Shown: positions 16,598 to 28,037, numbered from the whole stretch's first letter. The stretch: 47,785 nt of DNA, filler included, from Catajapyx aquilonaris (GCA_000934665.2; 2 parts of 2 records of this genome joined end to end with filler, not necessarily neighbours in it), one strand, 5' to 3'. The notes: generated by a model from the letters alone, not told the origin. A program made the numbers and translations.

Positions 16598-18985
16598 ATG
16601 CCTTTCAAGCGGAAGAAGCCTGGGAAGTCCTTCCCTGTGAAGGTCAGCACCATGGACGCGGAGCTGGAGTTCAACCTGGAGGTCAAGGCGACGGGGAGGG
16701 AGCTCTTTGACCTCGTCTGCAGGACCATCGGCCTCAGGGAGACCTGGTACTTTGGGCTGCAGTACCACGGATCCAAGGACTTCATCGCATGGCTCAAGCT
16801 GGATAAGAAAGGTACGGCTGTTGCTTCGTAGGTTGCGGTACGTTGTCTAATTGCTGGTACTTACAGTGCTGGACCAAGACGTGGGGAAGGCCATGCCGGT
16901 GTCCTTTGTGTTCCTGGCCAAGTTCTACCCCGAGGACGTAGCGGAAGAGCTGGTGCAGGAGGTGACCCAGCATCTCTTCCTCCTCCAGGTCAAGCAGGCC
17001 ATACTCAGCATGGACATCTACTGTCCGCCCGAAGCTTCCGTACTACTTGCATCGTACGCTGTGCAGGCCAAGGTACGGCCAGGTTCTTCGTACAAACACT
17101 TGAAGTCTAATCATCACGTGCTTGCAGTTTGGCGATTACGACGAATCCATCTACAAGCCTGGGATGCTAGCGACGGAGGATCTTCTTCCCCAGCGTGTGA
17201 TCGACCAGTACCAAATGACGCCCGAGATGTGGGAAGACAGGATTAAGATCTGGTATGCGGATCATCGGGGGATGTCCAGAGACGAGGCGGAGATGGAGTA
17301 TCTCAAGATTGCTCAGGACCTTGACATGTACGGGATCAACTACTTCCCAATCAGCGTAAGTACTCAGAAAGCGCAGCTGTGAGCAGCCGTTAACGATGCA
17401 TGTTCCGCAGAACAAGAAAGACAGCGAGCTGTGGCTGGGTGTGTCCGCACTGGGACTGAACATTTACGAGAAGGAAAACAAGCTGACTCCAAAGATATCC
17501 TTCCCATGGTCGGAAATACGCAACATCAGCTTCGACGACAAGAAGTTCGTGATCAAACCGGTGGACAAAGCGGCTCCGAACTTCGTCTTCCTCTCGCAAA
17601 AGACGCGCATGAACAAGCTTGCAAGTCGCATTTCATTAAATATTTGTTACTAATTGTCCGAGTGTGTGTGACGATTGTTTCTTTTGAAGATCCTAGATCT
17701 GTGCATAGGCAACCATGACCTGTTCATGCGTCGGAGGAAGCCCGACCCGATGGAAGTACAGCAGATGAAAGCTCAAGCCAAAGAGGAGAAGTTACGGTAA
17801 TGCGTACTTACATCTTACGTTTTACGATGAATTTTTATAAAATGTTTTAATTAGACGGCAGATAGAACGAAGTAAGCTGGCTCGTGAGAAGCAACTACGA
17901 GAGGCAGCCGAGCGAGAAAAGGCAGCGCTTGAACACCGTCTTCTTCAATACCAAGAGGAGGTTCAGTTAGCCAACGAGGCTCTGCGGAGATCGGAAGAAA
18001 CAGCCGAGCTGCTTGGAGAGAAGTCGAGGGTTGCGGAGGAAGAGGCGATGCTTCTCACGCAAAAGGCGAGCGAGGCGGAGCAGGAGGTTCAGCGGCTGCG
18101 AGTATCGGCCATCAAGTCAGAGGAGGAGAAACTTCAGCTGGAACGCAAGATGCGGGATGCTGAATCCATAGCGGCGAGGATGGTAGAGGAGTCCGAGAGG
18201 AGGGCGGCGGAAGCAGAGAGGCTGCGAGAGGAGCTGCTCCGAGCCAGGCTTGCGGAAAAGCAGGCGAAGGAGAAGCTGCTGGAGTTTTTCTCCCGAGGCG
18301 GAACATCCGCTGGAGGAGGCGGAGGAGTGGCGCAGTCGCACAACGCCAACGCAGCAGTCTCGGTTAACCACGTATCGGGAGGGAACCAGGTTCAGCATGC
18401 ACCTCCTGTTACGTACAGTCATGTCACAGTCGTGCCAGGTACGATCCAATCATTTCTGTAGCGATCGAGATTAGTAATCGCAATTTGTAACGCAGGTTTG
18501 TACCAGAGCGACCGGCAGTCATCAGTCGTTTCCAGCGAGCTTCAGCAGGCCTTATCGATGGTGGACGGGACTGAATCGCTCCCAGGCGACCTCTCCACGT
18601 ACGACCTCATAACCGGAGGCGACATGGAGCAGCTCTCTCTGGAAATTGAGAAGGAAAGGTCGGTACCATACAGTTGCACACATTTGAACAAATCTCAACG
18701 CCTTTCACGCCTACAGAGTGGAGTACCTGGAAAAGAGCAAGCATCTCCAGGAGCAGTTGCGTGAACTCAAGTCGGAGATCGAGGTGCTTAAAGTGGAAGA
18801 GAAGCAGACCAGGCTTGATCAGCTGCATGACGAGCAAGTCAGGCTTGGAGAGAACAAGTACTCGACGCTTAGGAAGGTACGTTGCACTGGCACATTGCCC
18901 ATTCTGTTAACCACATTTGCGTACTTATTTTCAGACCAAATCTGGATCAACCAAAGCGAGGGTCGCCTTCTTCGAGGAGCTTTGA
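16598..18985 (+). CDS. Mer: Merlin / neurofibromin-2 (FERM-domain tumour suppressor), multi-exon
   Basis: TMDAELEF...[99 protein letters not shown] and the Merlin-type end [14 protein letters not shown]. Confidence 0.96.
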
Positions 18986-20464
18986 ACACTGCATTTTTTT
19001 AAACGAACAAAGTGTGCCTTGGACTCGTTACATATTTTTCTCCCCCGTCCTTACCAAAAAGTGACTCGTTAAGGACAAGTCGCTCTTTCTCATTGAACCG
19101 CCAACAAATGGCGGAGATCTGCATAGTGATTAAAAACCGGCACATTAAAACGCTTCTTATAGCTGCTCTCCATGCTACAAATAATTAGCTGCTGATTTTT
19201 ATACTGGAGCATGTAACGACAGCGATTGCATACGAATATGCATGTTTTTGTGTAAAATGTTATCGCCTCTATTGGGCGATGTTTTTAACGGATTTATAAA
19301 GTTTGTGACAATCATGGTACGATTCAACGTTTTGATCAATCTAGCGATCGGCAGATATCAATACATTTATTACATATAGGAAATGAGCTTCACGCTAATG
19401 TTTTACAATAACTGAAGAAGCTGGTTTTTGTATATCCAGTATTTTCATATACGTTTTTGTATGGCGTCGCACTGGACGGCAGCTATAAAAACCAAACAAT
19501 TTTCTCCCTCCCAACAATTCCACGTATTACGAGACGTCACGTGCGTCTCTGCATGTTTGAAGTGCCAAACCGATTTTTTTTTAACGGACTCGTGCAGCTT
19601 CCATAATTTTTTTTTTTAAAAAAAAGAAAGTATGAAATTATTGGTATATTATTCTCAAAAGGCATGGTACGCTTAGAAACAGGTTACGTTGTAAATAAAA
19701 CCGCATGTTGCATCAAGTTTATGGTTTCATTTTTTTTTTTAATTCTTTTTATTTTTATGTTATTGTTACTCCGTGCTTGTGGATTACAACAATAAAAAAA
19801 AACAAAAAAAAAATCCACTCCCTGTAGGACATGTAACCTAAAAAAAAAAGGAACCACGAAAGTTGCTGTTCTGGGAAACTTATTATTTTTTTCCACTTCC
19901 AAATAAAAGAAAAGCAAGTGCCGCCTGTTTGAAAAGCCTGCCCAAAAAAAAAAAAAGCGTTCGAGTGAAGAAGTGTCATCCCATAATTGCTCGGTGCGCT
20001 TTATTTTTTTAAATCTGCGTTCGATCACGTCTCCAACAAATAAATGGTCGGTGATGGACAATTTGCCAGAACAGCACCGGGATTTTTAAATCGAAGAGTG
20101 GAAACTCCCCCCCCCAACTTTTTAAATAAATCCCCCCCTGTTTTAATTTAAACACCAGAAAACAAACAATGTATGGAACACAAGAAAAAGTGGAACAATT
20201 TTTTCCAATCGCCGTGAGTCTTAGGGAACAGTGTTTTCATCTTTTTTTTTAAACTTTTTTTCTTTTTTTAAACCTGTTATCACAGCTAAGCCCTCCTTCT
20301 TTGGTGACTGGGCCATCCCAAATATCTTAATCATTTTTTAATCATAATTGGACTGGGTGTGAAGGGTCGAGGGGAAAGGTTAAGAGAATAGGATGGCTAG
20401 CCTGTGTTCCCTTTTTTTCTTCTCCTTCTTCTTCTTCTCGAATTCTTTGTTTTAATCTTCGGTG

Positions 20465-21614
20465 TTAATCCGAGGGCCTCTTTTCACTGTATTTCTTGGT
20501 GAACTCCTCCGCATTCTTAATGAATCGCCGCCGATCCTTCAGGAACTCTTCGGCCAGGTCGGCCCTCAGCGGATGCTCTGGCTCAGGGTCGTTAACCAGC
20601 GCGATCAATGCTTGGATCACTGCAGAAACAGAAGGATCTATACAACATGTACAGTCACTTTCCGGGATCGCCTTCAGGAGTAACGTAGCCAAGACATGAA
20701 GCTCAAATTAGCCTCCAAGTAAGGCGCACCTCAGTAGTCAGGAAGTTGCCTCTGTTGGAGGCTAGTTTGAGCTTCAGGTCCGCTACTTTGCTCACGTCTG
20801 CAACTGTATAGTCACTTAAAGGAGTAAGTAGCCGACTTGAAGCTCAAACTAGCCTCCAACAGAGGCACTTCCTGACTACTGAGGTGCGCCTTACTTGGAG
20901 GCTAATTTGAGCTTCAGGCTACTTCACTCCTGCAAATTAACCTCCATGAAAGATGCTCCTCTCTCTACTGGACGACTTGTCAGGAAGGGCCTCTGTTGGA
21001 GGCTAATTTGCAGGAGTCATGTAGTGGACCTGAAGCTCAAAATAGCCTCAAGCGGAAGGGCTTCCTGACAAGTCGTGAGAAAGCGAGCGGCACCATTTTT
21101 GGAGGCTATTTTCAGGTCCGCTACCTTACAGGAGTAATGTAGTGAACCTGAAGCTTGAAATAGCCTCCCAACACACAGGCCCTTTTCAATAAGTCGTGAG
21201 CACCTCTTCTTGGGAGGCTATTTTGAGCTTCAGCTACAAACTGAAGGAGCGTAACCCCCCCCATACCCTGGTCAGTCTTGGTCGCAGGCTTCCAGTTCTC
21301 CGCGCTGATAATGGGCAAGCAAACCTGTCCCTTCTCATCTATATTCGGATGATATATCTTGGTCTTGAAGTTGATCTTGGGCGGCTTGAAGGGATATTCC
21401 GCCGGGAAATTGATCTCGATTCTGAAGGCCCCTTTGTTGTACGGCGGGTTGTCCTGCTGGGATCAAAACCGGATTAATCCCTGGTGAAGAGCTGGCTTCA
21501 ATACATTAAAAGACTCACCGGAACTATAAGTCCCTGCCACGTGAGGATGTTCGACTCGTCCACTTGGATGTCACGGAATGATTTCATCGCTGAGTTCCTG
21601 ATGTCCTGCAGCTC
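20465..21614 (-). CDS. UBE2L3: Ubiquitin-conjugating enzyme E2 L3 (UbcH7), 5'-partial: three exons seen, first short exon not found before the contig end
   Basis: ELQDIR...[14 protein letters not shown] | [61 protein letters not shown] | [25 protein letters not shown]; catalytic Cys present. Confidence 0.95.
20697..21235. repeat. Cluster of about five ~80-100 bp miniature inverted-repeat units in the last UBE2L3 intron
   Basis: Each unit is bounded by TGAAGCTCAAA.TAGCCTCC ... GGAGGCTA.TTTGAGCTTCA or a degenerate version. Units 20697-20777 and 20838-20916 are reverse complements of each other. Confidence 0.85.
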
Positions 21615-21624
21615 CTGGAAGGTC

Positions 21625-22235
21625 AGTCAATTGTTCAGTACACAATTGTTCAGTGCGAAATGCCAATGGTTCAGTGCGTAACGTAAATTGTTCGGTATGA
21701 AATGGCAACGGTTCAGTATGCAACGTCAATTATTGTCCTACACGCAATGTGCACAGTGCCAATTGTTCAGTACACCACATCAATATTGTTCAGTGCGAAA
21801 TGCCAATTGTGCAGTAAACATTGTCAATAATTAGTGTTCATTACAATATGACAATTGTACAGTATGTAACATCAATTGTTCAGTACACAATGCCTACCGT
21901 TCAGTGCGTAACATCAAGGTTTGACATACAACGTTGTTGGAGGCAACCCTTCAGTTGTTCAGTACAAAATGGCAACTGTTCAGTACGCAACATCAATTGT
22001 TCGATATGCAATGCCAATTATTACGTGCGCAATGTTAATTATTACGTGCCCAGTGCCAATTGTTCTTTGCGCAAAGTCAATAGTTCAGTGCAAAATGCCA
22101 ATTGTTCAGTACGCATTGCCACGCTGCCAACAGGTTCAGTGCAGAATGCTAATTGTTCAGTACGGAATGCCAATGGTTCAGTGCATAACGTCAGTTGTTC
22201 GGTACGAAATGGCAATTGTTCGGTACGCAACGACA
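21625..22235. repeat. Degenerate ~21-bp minisatellite (tgccaattgttcagtacgcaa-like) in the upstream intron of UBE2L3
   Basis: Many recurrences of caattgttcagt(a/g)c with ~21-nt period; it translates to spurious NCSVRNA repeats. Confidence 0.9.
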
Positions 22236-22330
22236 ATGGGGAACTAGCCTTGGTCTGGGATTTGGGATTTTTGTTCATAACTAGCTAGCCCATGCCTGTA
22301 AACATACATTCCATCACTCTGTTGCATCAA

Positions 22331-22430
22331 NNNNNNNNNNNNNNNNNNNNNNNNNNNNNNNNNNNNNNNNNNNNTTAATTAATTAANNNNNNNNNNNNNN
22401 NNNNNNNNNNNNNNNNNNNNNNNNNNNNNN
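22331..22430. other. Artificial contig linker N44-TTAATTAATTAA-N44
   Basis: Exactly 100 bp and symmetric; the central 12-mer gives stop codons in all six frames. Confidence 0.9.
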
Positions 22431-22445
22431 TCCACATGCACTCAC

Positions 22446-25272
22446 TGAATTAGCACTCCTGGTGCTGCATATTCCTGATATGATATGTCGTTTCTTCCAT
22501 ATATTGGCTCTCCAAATTTTACTGGTACAGAAATCAATGCGCTCAAATTCTTGCATGGTGATGGGATGCTCTTCACTGTCATATTCATTACCAGCAGGGA
22601 GATTGGTATATCTGTTGCGAGAGTAGGAGATACCGTTACAATACTTCACTTTTGCTTTTCTGATAATAAAGGATAATAGAGAGAGCATATAGCGAAGGTA
22701 AATTATGTTAAATATTCAGGCACACATTGTTATAATGTAATAGTGAGATAATGAATATTTCATAGTACCCGTATGAAATGTTGTCATACTTTGTACCATA
22801 CTTTCAAAATCATCGTAGGCAATTCGTAGGGCTACATTGTAAAGTGTGTTTCAGTGAATAATATACTGAACGGTACTCACTGGTCATATCCATATTTATT
22901 TTGATTATTGAGTTGACCAGAGATCCATTATCTGCATCTAATCCGAGGTGGAATCGGGACTGGACACTTGAAGAATAGTTGGCTGGAAATGAAAGGAGTC
23001 CCCAAGCATTCCCATTCCTGATTGCTTCGATGGCTTTTCCCTCATCATCATATGGGGCCTGCATCATGACAAGGAAATAATGCTACTGACATATCAAATA
23101 TGACCTTTGCAGATTGTGTAGTTATTAATATCAGACTGACCAGCCGAAGCATACTGTGATCCAGGTTATCTATGAAGATGCAGCTCAAATTCTGAAAGCT
23201 GCATCCTAGTTGAGGTTGGCATATTGGCTCAGTGGGCCACTCATGGTTGACCAATGCAAAAGGAAGCTCTCTCGGGTTACCCCCAAGGGATATGCAGAGC
23301 ATCAGCAGTACAATTGAAGGTTGTGCGCATATGACTAGAAAAGGCCTGCGGACGAAAAATTACAATGAAAACAGGACGACTGGAAATAGTAAAGTTTGAT
23401 ACAAGCTTGCCAGTGTATGTTGGAAGGAGAGATTGAGCTTACTGGATGTTTCTTCGCAGCCATTTCCTTTCCATGTACAGTGTAGCACGAAAACTGCTCA
23501 TTGGATGTTTGTTATCTTCATACTTCTTTGCGTTGGGTACTGGTGTTGTGCTTGTGCCTCCGTATAGAGACAACAGTTTTGTCTGGTCCCTACCAGATGC
23601 GATGGACATTTTGTCAACCCCACTCCTGTCATCCTCCAGACAGATGCTCAGAAACACCCCCTCCAGAGTCTGAGAATGGTACATCCTCATGAGGGACGTG
23701 GGTGAATCCTCAGCCAGGAGACGACCACTCCTCATCATGCCAACCACCTGGGCATGACGGGCCTCCTCCATGTAATGGGTGGTCAGGATTATCGTGGTCT
23801 TGCTCACAGAGGCCAGCTCACGCATGTAGAGCCAGAGCCTGAAAAGTATGTCCTCAAAAATTTTACCCCATTGAGAGATCAACGCTCTATTAGGGGGGTG
23901 GAACACCACCATACTTTCAATTTTATTGGTTTTTTTTCTTCATACTCTGGTGCAGGGAAATCATGGAAATATGGTAAGGATAGGATTTTTGGGGAGGGGA
24001 CACGGGTGCAAGTGCAATGTCTCAAACTGGGCCATGTGCCGTCCTGGACATGGGATTTACGCGAAGTGTAGCACCTATGTTGCTCAAGGCTTGCCTGGTC
24101 GGTGTTGGTCGCATTATCTCAAATAAAAATTTATGTAAAGAGTGAGCAACACTTACGCTTGTCTAAAAAGAGGATCCACGCCCACAGTTGGTTCGTCCAG
24201 AAGTAGTATTTCGGGTTGGTGTAGCAATGCCAAACACAAGGAGACACGCTTTTGTTGACCGCCACTTGATAGAGTTTTAAAAATATCCAATTAGTCAAGG
24301 GCAGCTTTTTAGAAGAAAAGAGTATGTCTTCATCAGCGAACATGCGTAATAAGCACGCAGTATTCTAGTGTAATTATACCACAATAATTGCTTCAGTGCT
24401 GTACTAACACGTGTTAACCTTGATAAAATAATTTCGTCACCTGAGGGTGTGAATGAGCCTGTCCTTGTGTGGCAATTGGAGGAATTTGATGAGAAAGGCC
24501 ATCCTGGAGTGGATGTGTTCCTGTGACATTCCATGGACCATCCCGAAGTAAGTGACCATCTCCCGAATGGAGCACTCCAGATAGAGCCCCTTGTCCTGGG
24601 GCATGTAGCCCAGCCTGGACCCGGGCACACCAGACTCCTTGCTCCCAGGAGGGTGGCCAAATATGCGGATTGTCCCGTGGTCCAACTCTTGCTGACCAAC
24701 AATGCAGGTCAGAAGGGTCGTCTTCCCGCATCCACTTGCTCCCAGCAAGGCGTATCTGAGACAATTGAGAAAGTAACAGAAATTCATGTCTATATTAATC
24801 TCACTGAGCAAAATAGGAAGATGTCTTGACTTACATAGTTCCCTCTTGAACAGTCATGTCTAGTTTCATGAGGACGGGATTTTTCTTAATTCCGCTTTCG
24901 TAAGTCTTCCAGGCATTTCTCACTCTCAGGGCTGGTGCATCAGGCACTGGTTTATTTTCATTCGCCTGTAAAACAGAACTGTGTTCACTGGACATTTGTT
25001 CACTATCTGCTGTGTCAAAAAGGAAGTTTTTCAGACAAACTTGTTCTGGTGCTATACAATAATCACAAGGAGGAAGGTTGGGTTAAAGTTGATAATGAGC
25101 TGACGGTTGTATACTGTATAGCTCAGCACCTGCTTTTAAAGCCAGTACTTGTGAAACTCAGCCGACGGAATATTGCATTCTAGTTATACCCACTACTGCA
25201 GAATGAAGCCTTTGATCAAAACCGATTTCTACTTCGTACTATTACAAATGGATCGCGTACTCTACTCACCAT
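22446..25272 (-). CDS. ABCH-family half transporter, copy A (3'-truncated by the contig end)
   Basis: Walker [11 protein letters not shown]-loop GYMPQ, signature LSGGQ, Walker [14 protein letters not shown]-loop TTHYMEEA, then ABC-2-type membrane exons; NBD-TMD order. Confidence 0.9.
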
Positions 25273-25789
25273 GATGTTTCGTCCACTTCTTTAAAAACAC
25301 AAGTGAATACTGCTGCTCCTTGATGCAAACGATCAGCCAATAATTTGCACCCATCATAAAAAGTAATAAGGTACAAATTGCTGCAATACATTTTTACATA
25401 CTGTACGTCAAGATTTTTATCTGCTGTAATGTGCAATAATATTTCCTCATGCTTACCTATTTGGGGTCTGTAGCAAAAATAATATAAAAAAATTGACAGA
25501 TGCTGACTTCCAAGCCATGGGAATCAAACTTGGGCACAAAAAAGCTATTGATGCGTTCTATCACTGAATCGGTAAGGCTTGAAAATAGGAGTCTCCATTA
25601 TTATGTTAATAACTGTACAAGAGTGTAGGCCTAAAAATATAGTGCCTCTATATAAATAGTGTCTTTATTTTCATTCATATTTCATACTAGAAACAGATTT
25701 GTGCCCTTAAGTACAGAGCATACTGGGGCCTTAGTGATTACCTATAACTGCAGAGAATAGCTTATTAAGATTTTTCTCTCAATTTTTAA

Positions 25790-26283
25790 AAGGCAATGAG
25801 CTTTGGCATCAATGGTACCAGGATTCAACAAAATCCCTCAGAAGCACAGGGGTCAGAAGGCTTTGAAGCAGGTACGTCACTCCAGGGCTCTATGAACTCT
25901 ACGTACTTAATCTCGGAGGTACTCTCCCAGACGATACATGCGCAATTTTCCTTGACTGCAAAATGTTGCGTGTCAACAACAGATTGAAAGCAACAGTGAT
26001 GGTCCTTACGTCAGTGAGTGCTCCAAAGCCACCTGGCCAATTAGAGGCATTCTCGTATGGATCAAGAGGTCCTAAATTTATACGAGGATTTCGGTCACCA
26101 TGCCGGAACATCTGAAAAGGAACGATTTCTATTAGTCATGCCATTACACACTAAAAGTAATACATAAGTATGCTTACTACGTGAAACAAGACTAATCGAT
26201 GTGTTTTGTGAAGATATGTCGCTTTTGGCATATTTGCAGCAAAGCAGCAAGCAAAATCCTACTAAGTTGGCTATATATAACGT
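25790..26283 (-). pseudogene. Histidine acid phosphatase (lysosomal/prostatic type) pseudogene fragment
   Basis: RHGDRNP catalytic motif, DPY...WPGGFGALT, then GKLRMYRLGEYLR. The signal-peptide-like exon starts with ACG and is out of frame; further frameshift/stop; most of the domain is missing. Confidence 0.8.
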
Positions 26284-26527
26284 TTTGATTATAGTACGTC
26301 GTATTTTAGGAACTCGGCTGTTTTACCGAGAAGCTGGCCAGAAAGATCCGGTTTATTATACATTTGCTTCAATGTCAAGCAAGGACAACCACCATCCATG
26401 CTGTATCCTACATTAGCTAGCATTGTTTTTATTTTTACCTTGTTTTTTTTTTGCAACTTTTTCACACATTGGTTCGCAAGGATGTTTACCTTGCCTTCAG
26501 CAGGATCAGTATGCTTCGTTCTTACTG

Positions 26528-26747
26528 AAGGGACAGTTCCCGGGTGCACAATTCAATCTCACTATATGATGGTCGCTAATGTAATCCCATTGTGTATGAA
26601 AAATGTATTATTTTTGGCACTTTAAGACGTCATAACTTTTGAAAATATGGGCCCGAAATATTTCATTTTTGGTCATCAAATATTGTCCTTATTATAGCAT
26701 GTTAAGTTTCATCAAGATCCGTCAGTATCACCCGGGAACTGTCCCTT
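26528..26747. mobile_element. MITE of about 220 bp with perfect 19-bp terminal inverted repeats, Kolobok-like ends
   Basis: AAGGGACAGTTCCCGGGTG (26528-26546) and CACCCGGGAACTGTCCCTT (26729-26747); the ends overlap degenerate TTAA-like sites (tgaa / ttga); AT-rich non-coding interior. Confidence 0.8.
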
Positions 26748-26939
26748 GAGAACCAAATAATATTATTCATTGATTTTTTCGGAGTGCTGGTCTTTTTTGC
26801 TCATGCTTAATTAGTGACGATCTTGTCCTTGTTCACTGACTCCTCTGCGAAGAATCCTTGACCGACTCCTTATTAGGAGGTGTACCTGTGAGACACGTTC
26901 CACTTTCACCATTTTGAACTTCTCACTCAGCTGTGAAAG

Positions 26940-28037
26940 ATGGCACCCCAGTCACCTGCGGTTGAAGTGACCCAAGACGACCTCTAGGATTGGGCGTTGG
27001 CAACAACGACCCCAGCTTTGGAAACCCCTTCCCTCGACGACCCTCCTCCAACATGGGTGGACAAGGAGAAGTTCAAAAGAGGGCAAGATTTTGCCATCAG
27101 ATACCTGGGAATCGTCACCATGACTTGGCTCTTTGGCTCGGCCGTTTCCTTCACCGTGGCCACCATCGAAAAAGTGCTCGGCTACAACGGATCTTTCAAG
27201 TCTGTTCCAAACTGCTATCGACGCATCCGAGTCACCAAAGACCACGTATGTGCCTGGTTGATGGGAGACCTGTGGGATCCATCTGACAAGTCCTACAAGA
27301 TGATGGCCAGTCTCCAGAAGCTGCACAAAAGAGTGGGCATTGTGGCCAACCAGAGGAAAGAGGAATTGGACAGATTCACTGTGGACACCACCACTGAACC
27401 CCAGGTCAGCAAACAATGCGTCGCATGGCCTCTTCTGCAGAAGGACTGGCAGTCACTCAAATCCAAGGGATGGAACCAGCCAGCCTTCCAGTATCCAGAT
27501 GCCACCATGTACATGACCCAGTTCGACTCTGCTGCTGTCATCTTTGGTTTGGCAGCACCGACCGTGGGATATCCGGAGAAGCTTGGTCTCCACAACGCCA
27601 CCAGAGAAGACCTGGAGGGTTACCTGCACTGGCTTCGAGTCGTAGCCTACTATCTAGGGGTGGAGGATCGGTTCAACCCGTGCTCCGGAACCATCGAGGA
27701 ATTCAGGGATTATGTGCGGAAGTATTTCAGCAGCATAGTTCTCCCCTCATTCCAAAGCATGTCCAAGGAGAACGAATTCTTCTTCAGAATCCACATGGAG
27801 GCCCTGGGGACGAGAAGCAGATTGATAAAACTATTGTCTCCGCCTCCAGAAACAATGTTTCTTCTGCTTGGCTGGCCTTTTGATGTGGAAATGCCTTTTT
27901 TATACAGCTCGGTCAGCTGGTATGCTAAATTTTACTATTGGATTTTCAAATTTCTTACCTCTGTGCTTATGCGAATCTCTTTTGTCCGGACGATTGTTAA
28001 CCACTTTGCGGAAGTAATGTTTGTGAAGAATTTCTGA
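26940..28037 (+). CDS. Intronless ER-bound oxygenase MpaB / rubber oxygenase (Lcp)-like protein, with an in-frame TAG at codon 16 (possible pseudogene)
   Basis: Family-like motifs PTWVDKEKFKRGQDF, YRRIRVTKDHV..W, LHKRV, TQFD, LGL..ATREDLEGYLHW.RVVAYYLGVEDRFNPC and a hydrophobic C-terminus. ATG 26940 is in frame, with TAG at 26985-26987. Confidence 0.7.

Noticed and set aside
21625..22288. CRISPR-like array or Cys-rich repeat protein
   Set aside because: Degenerate tandem 21-mers without unique spacers, inside a eukaryotic intron, with no cas genes
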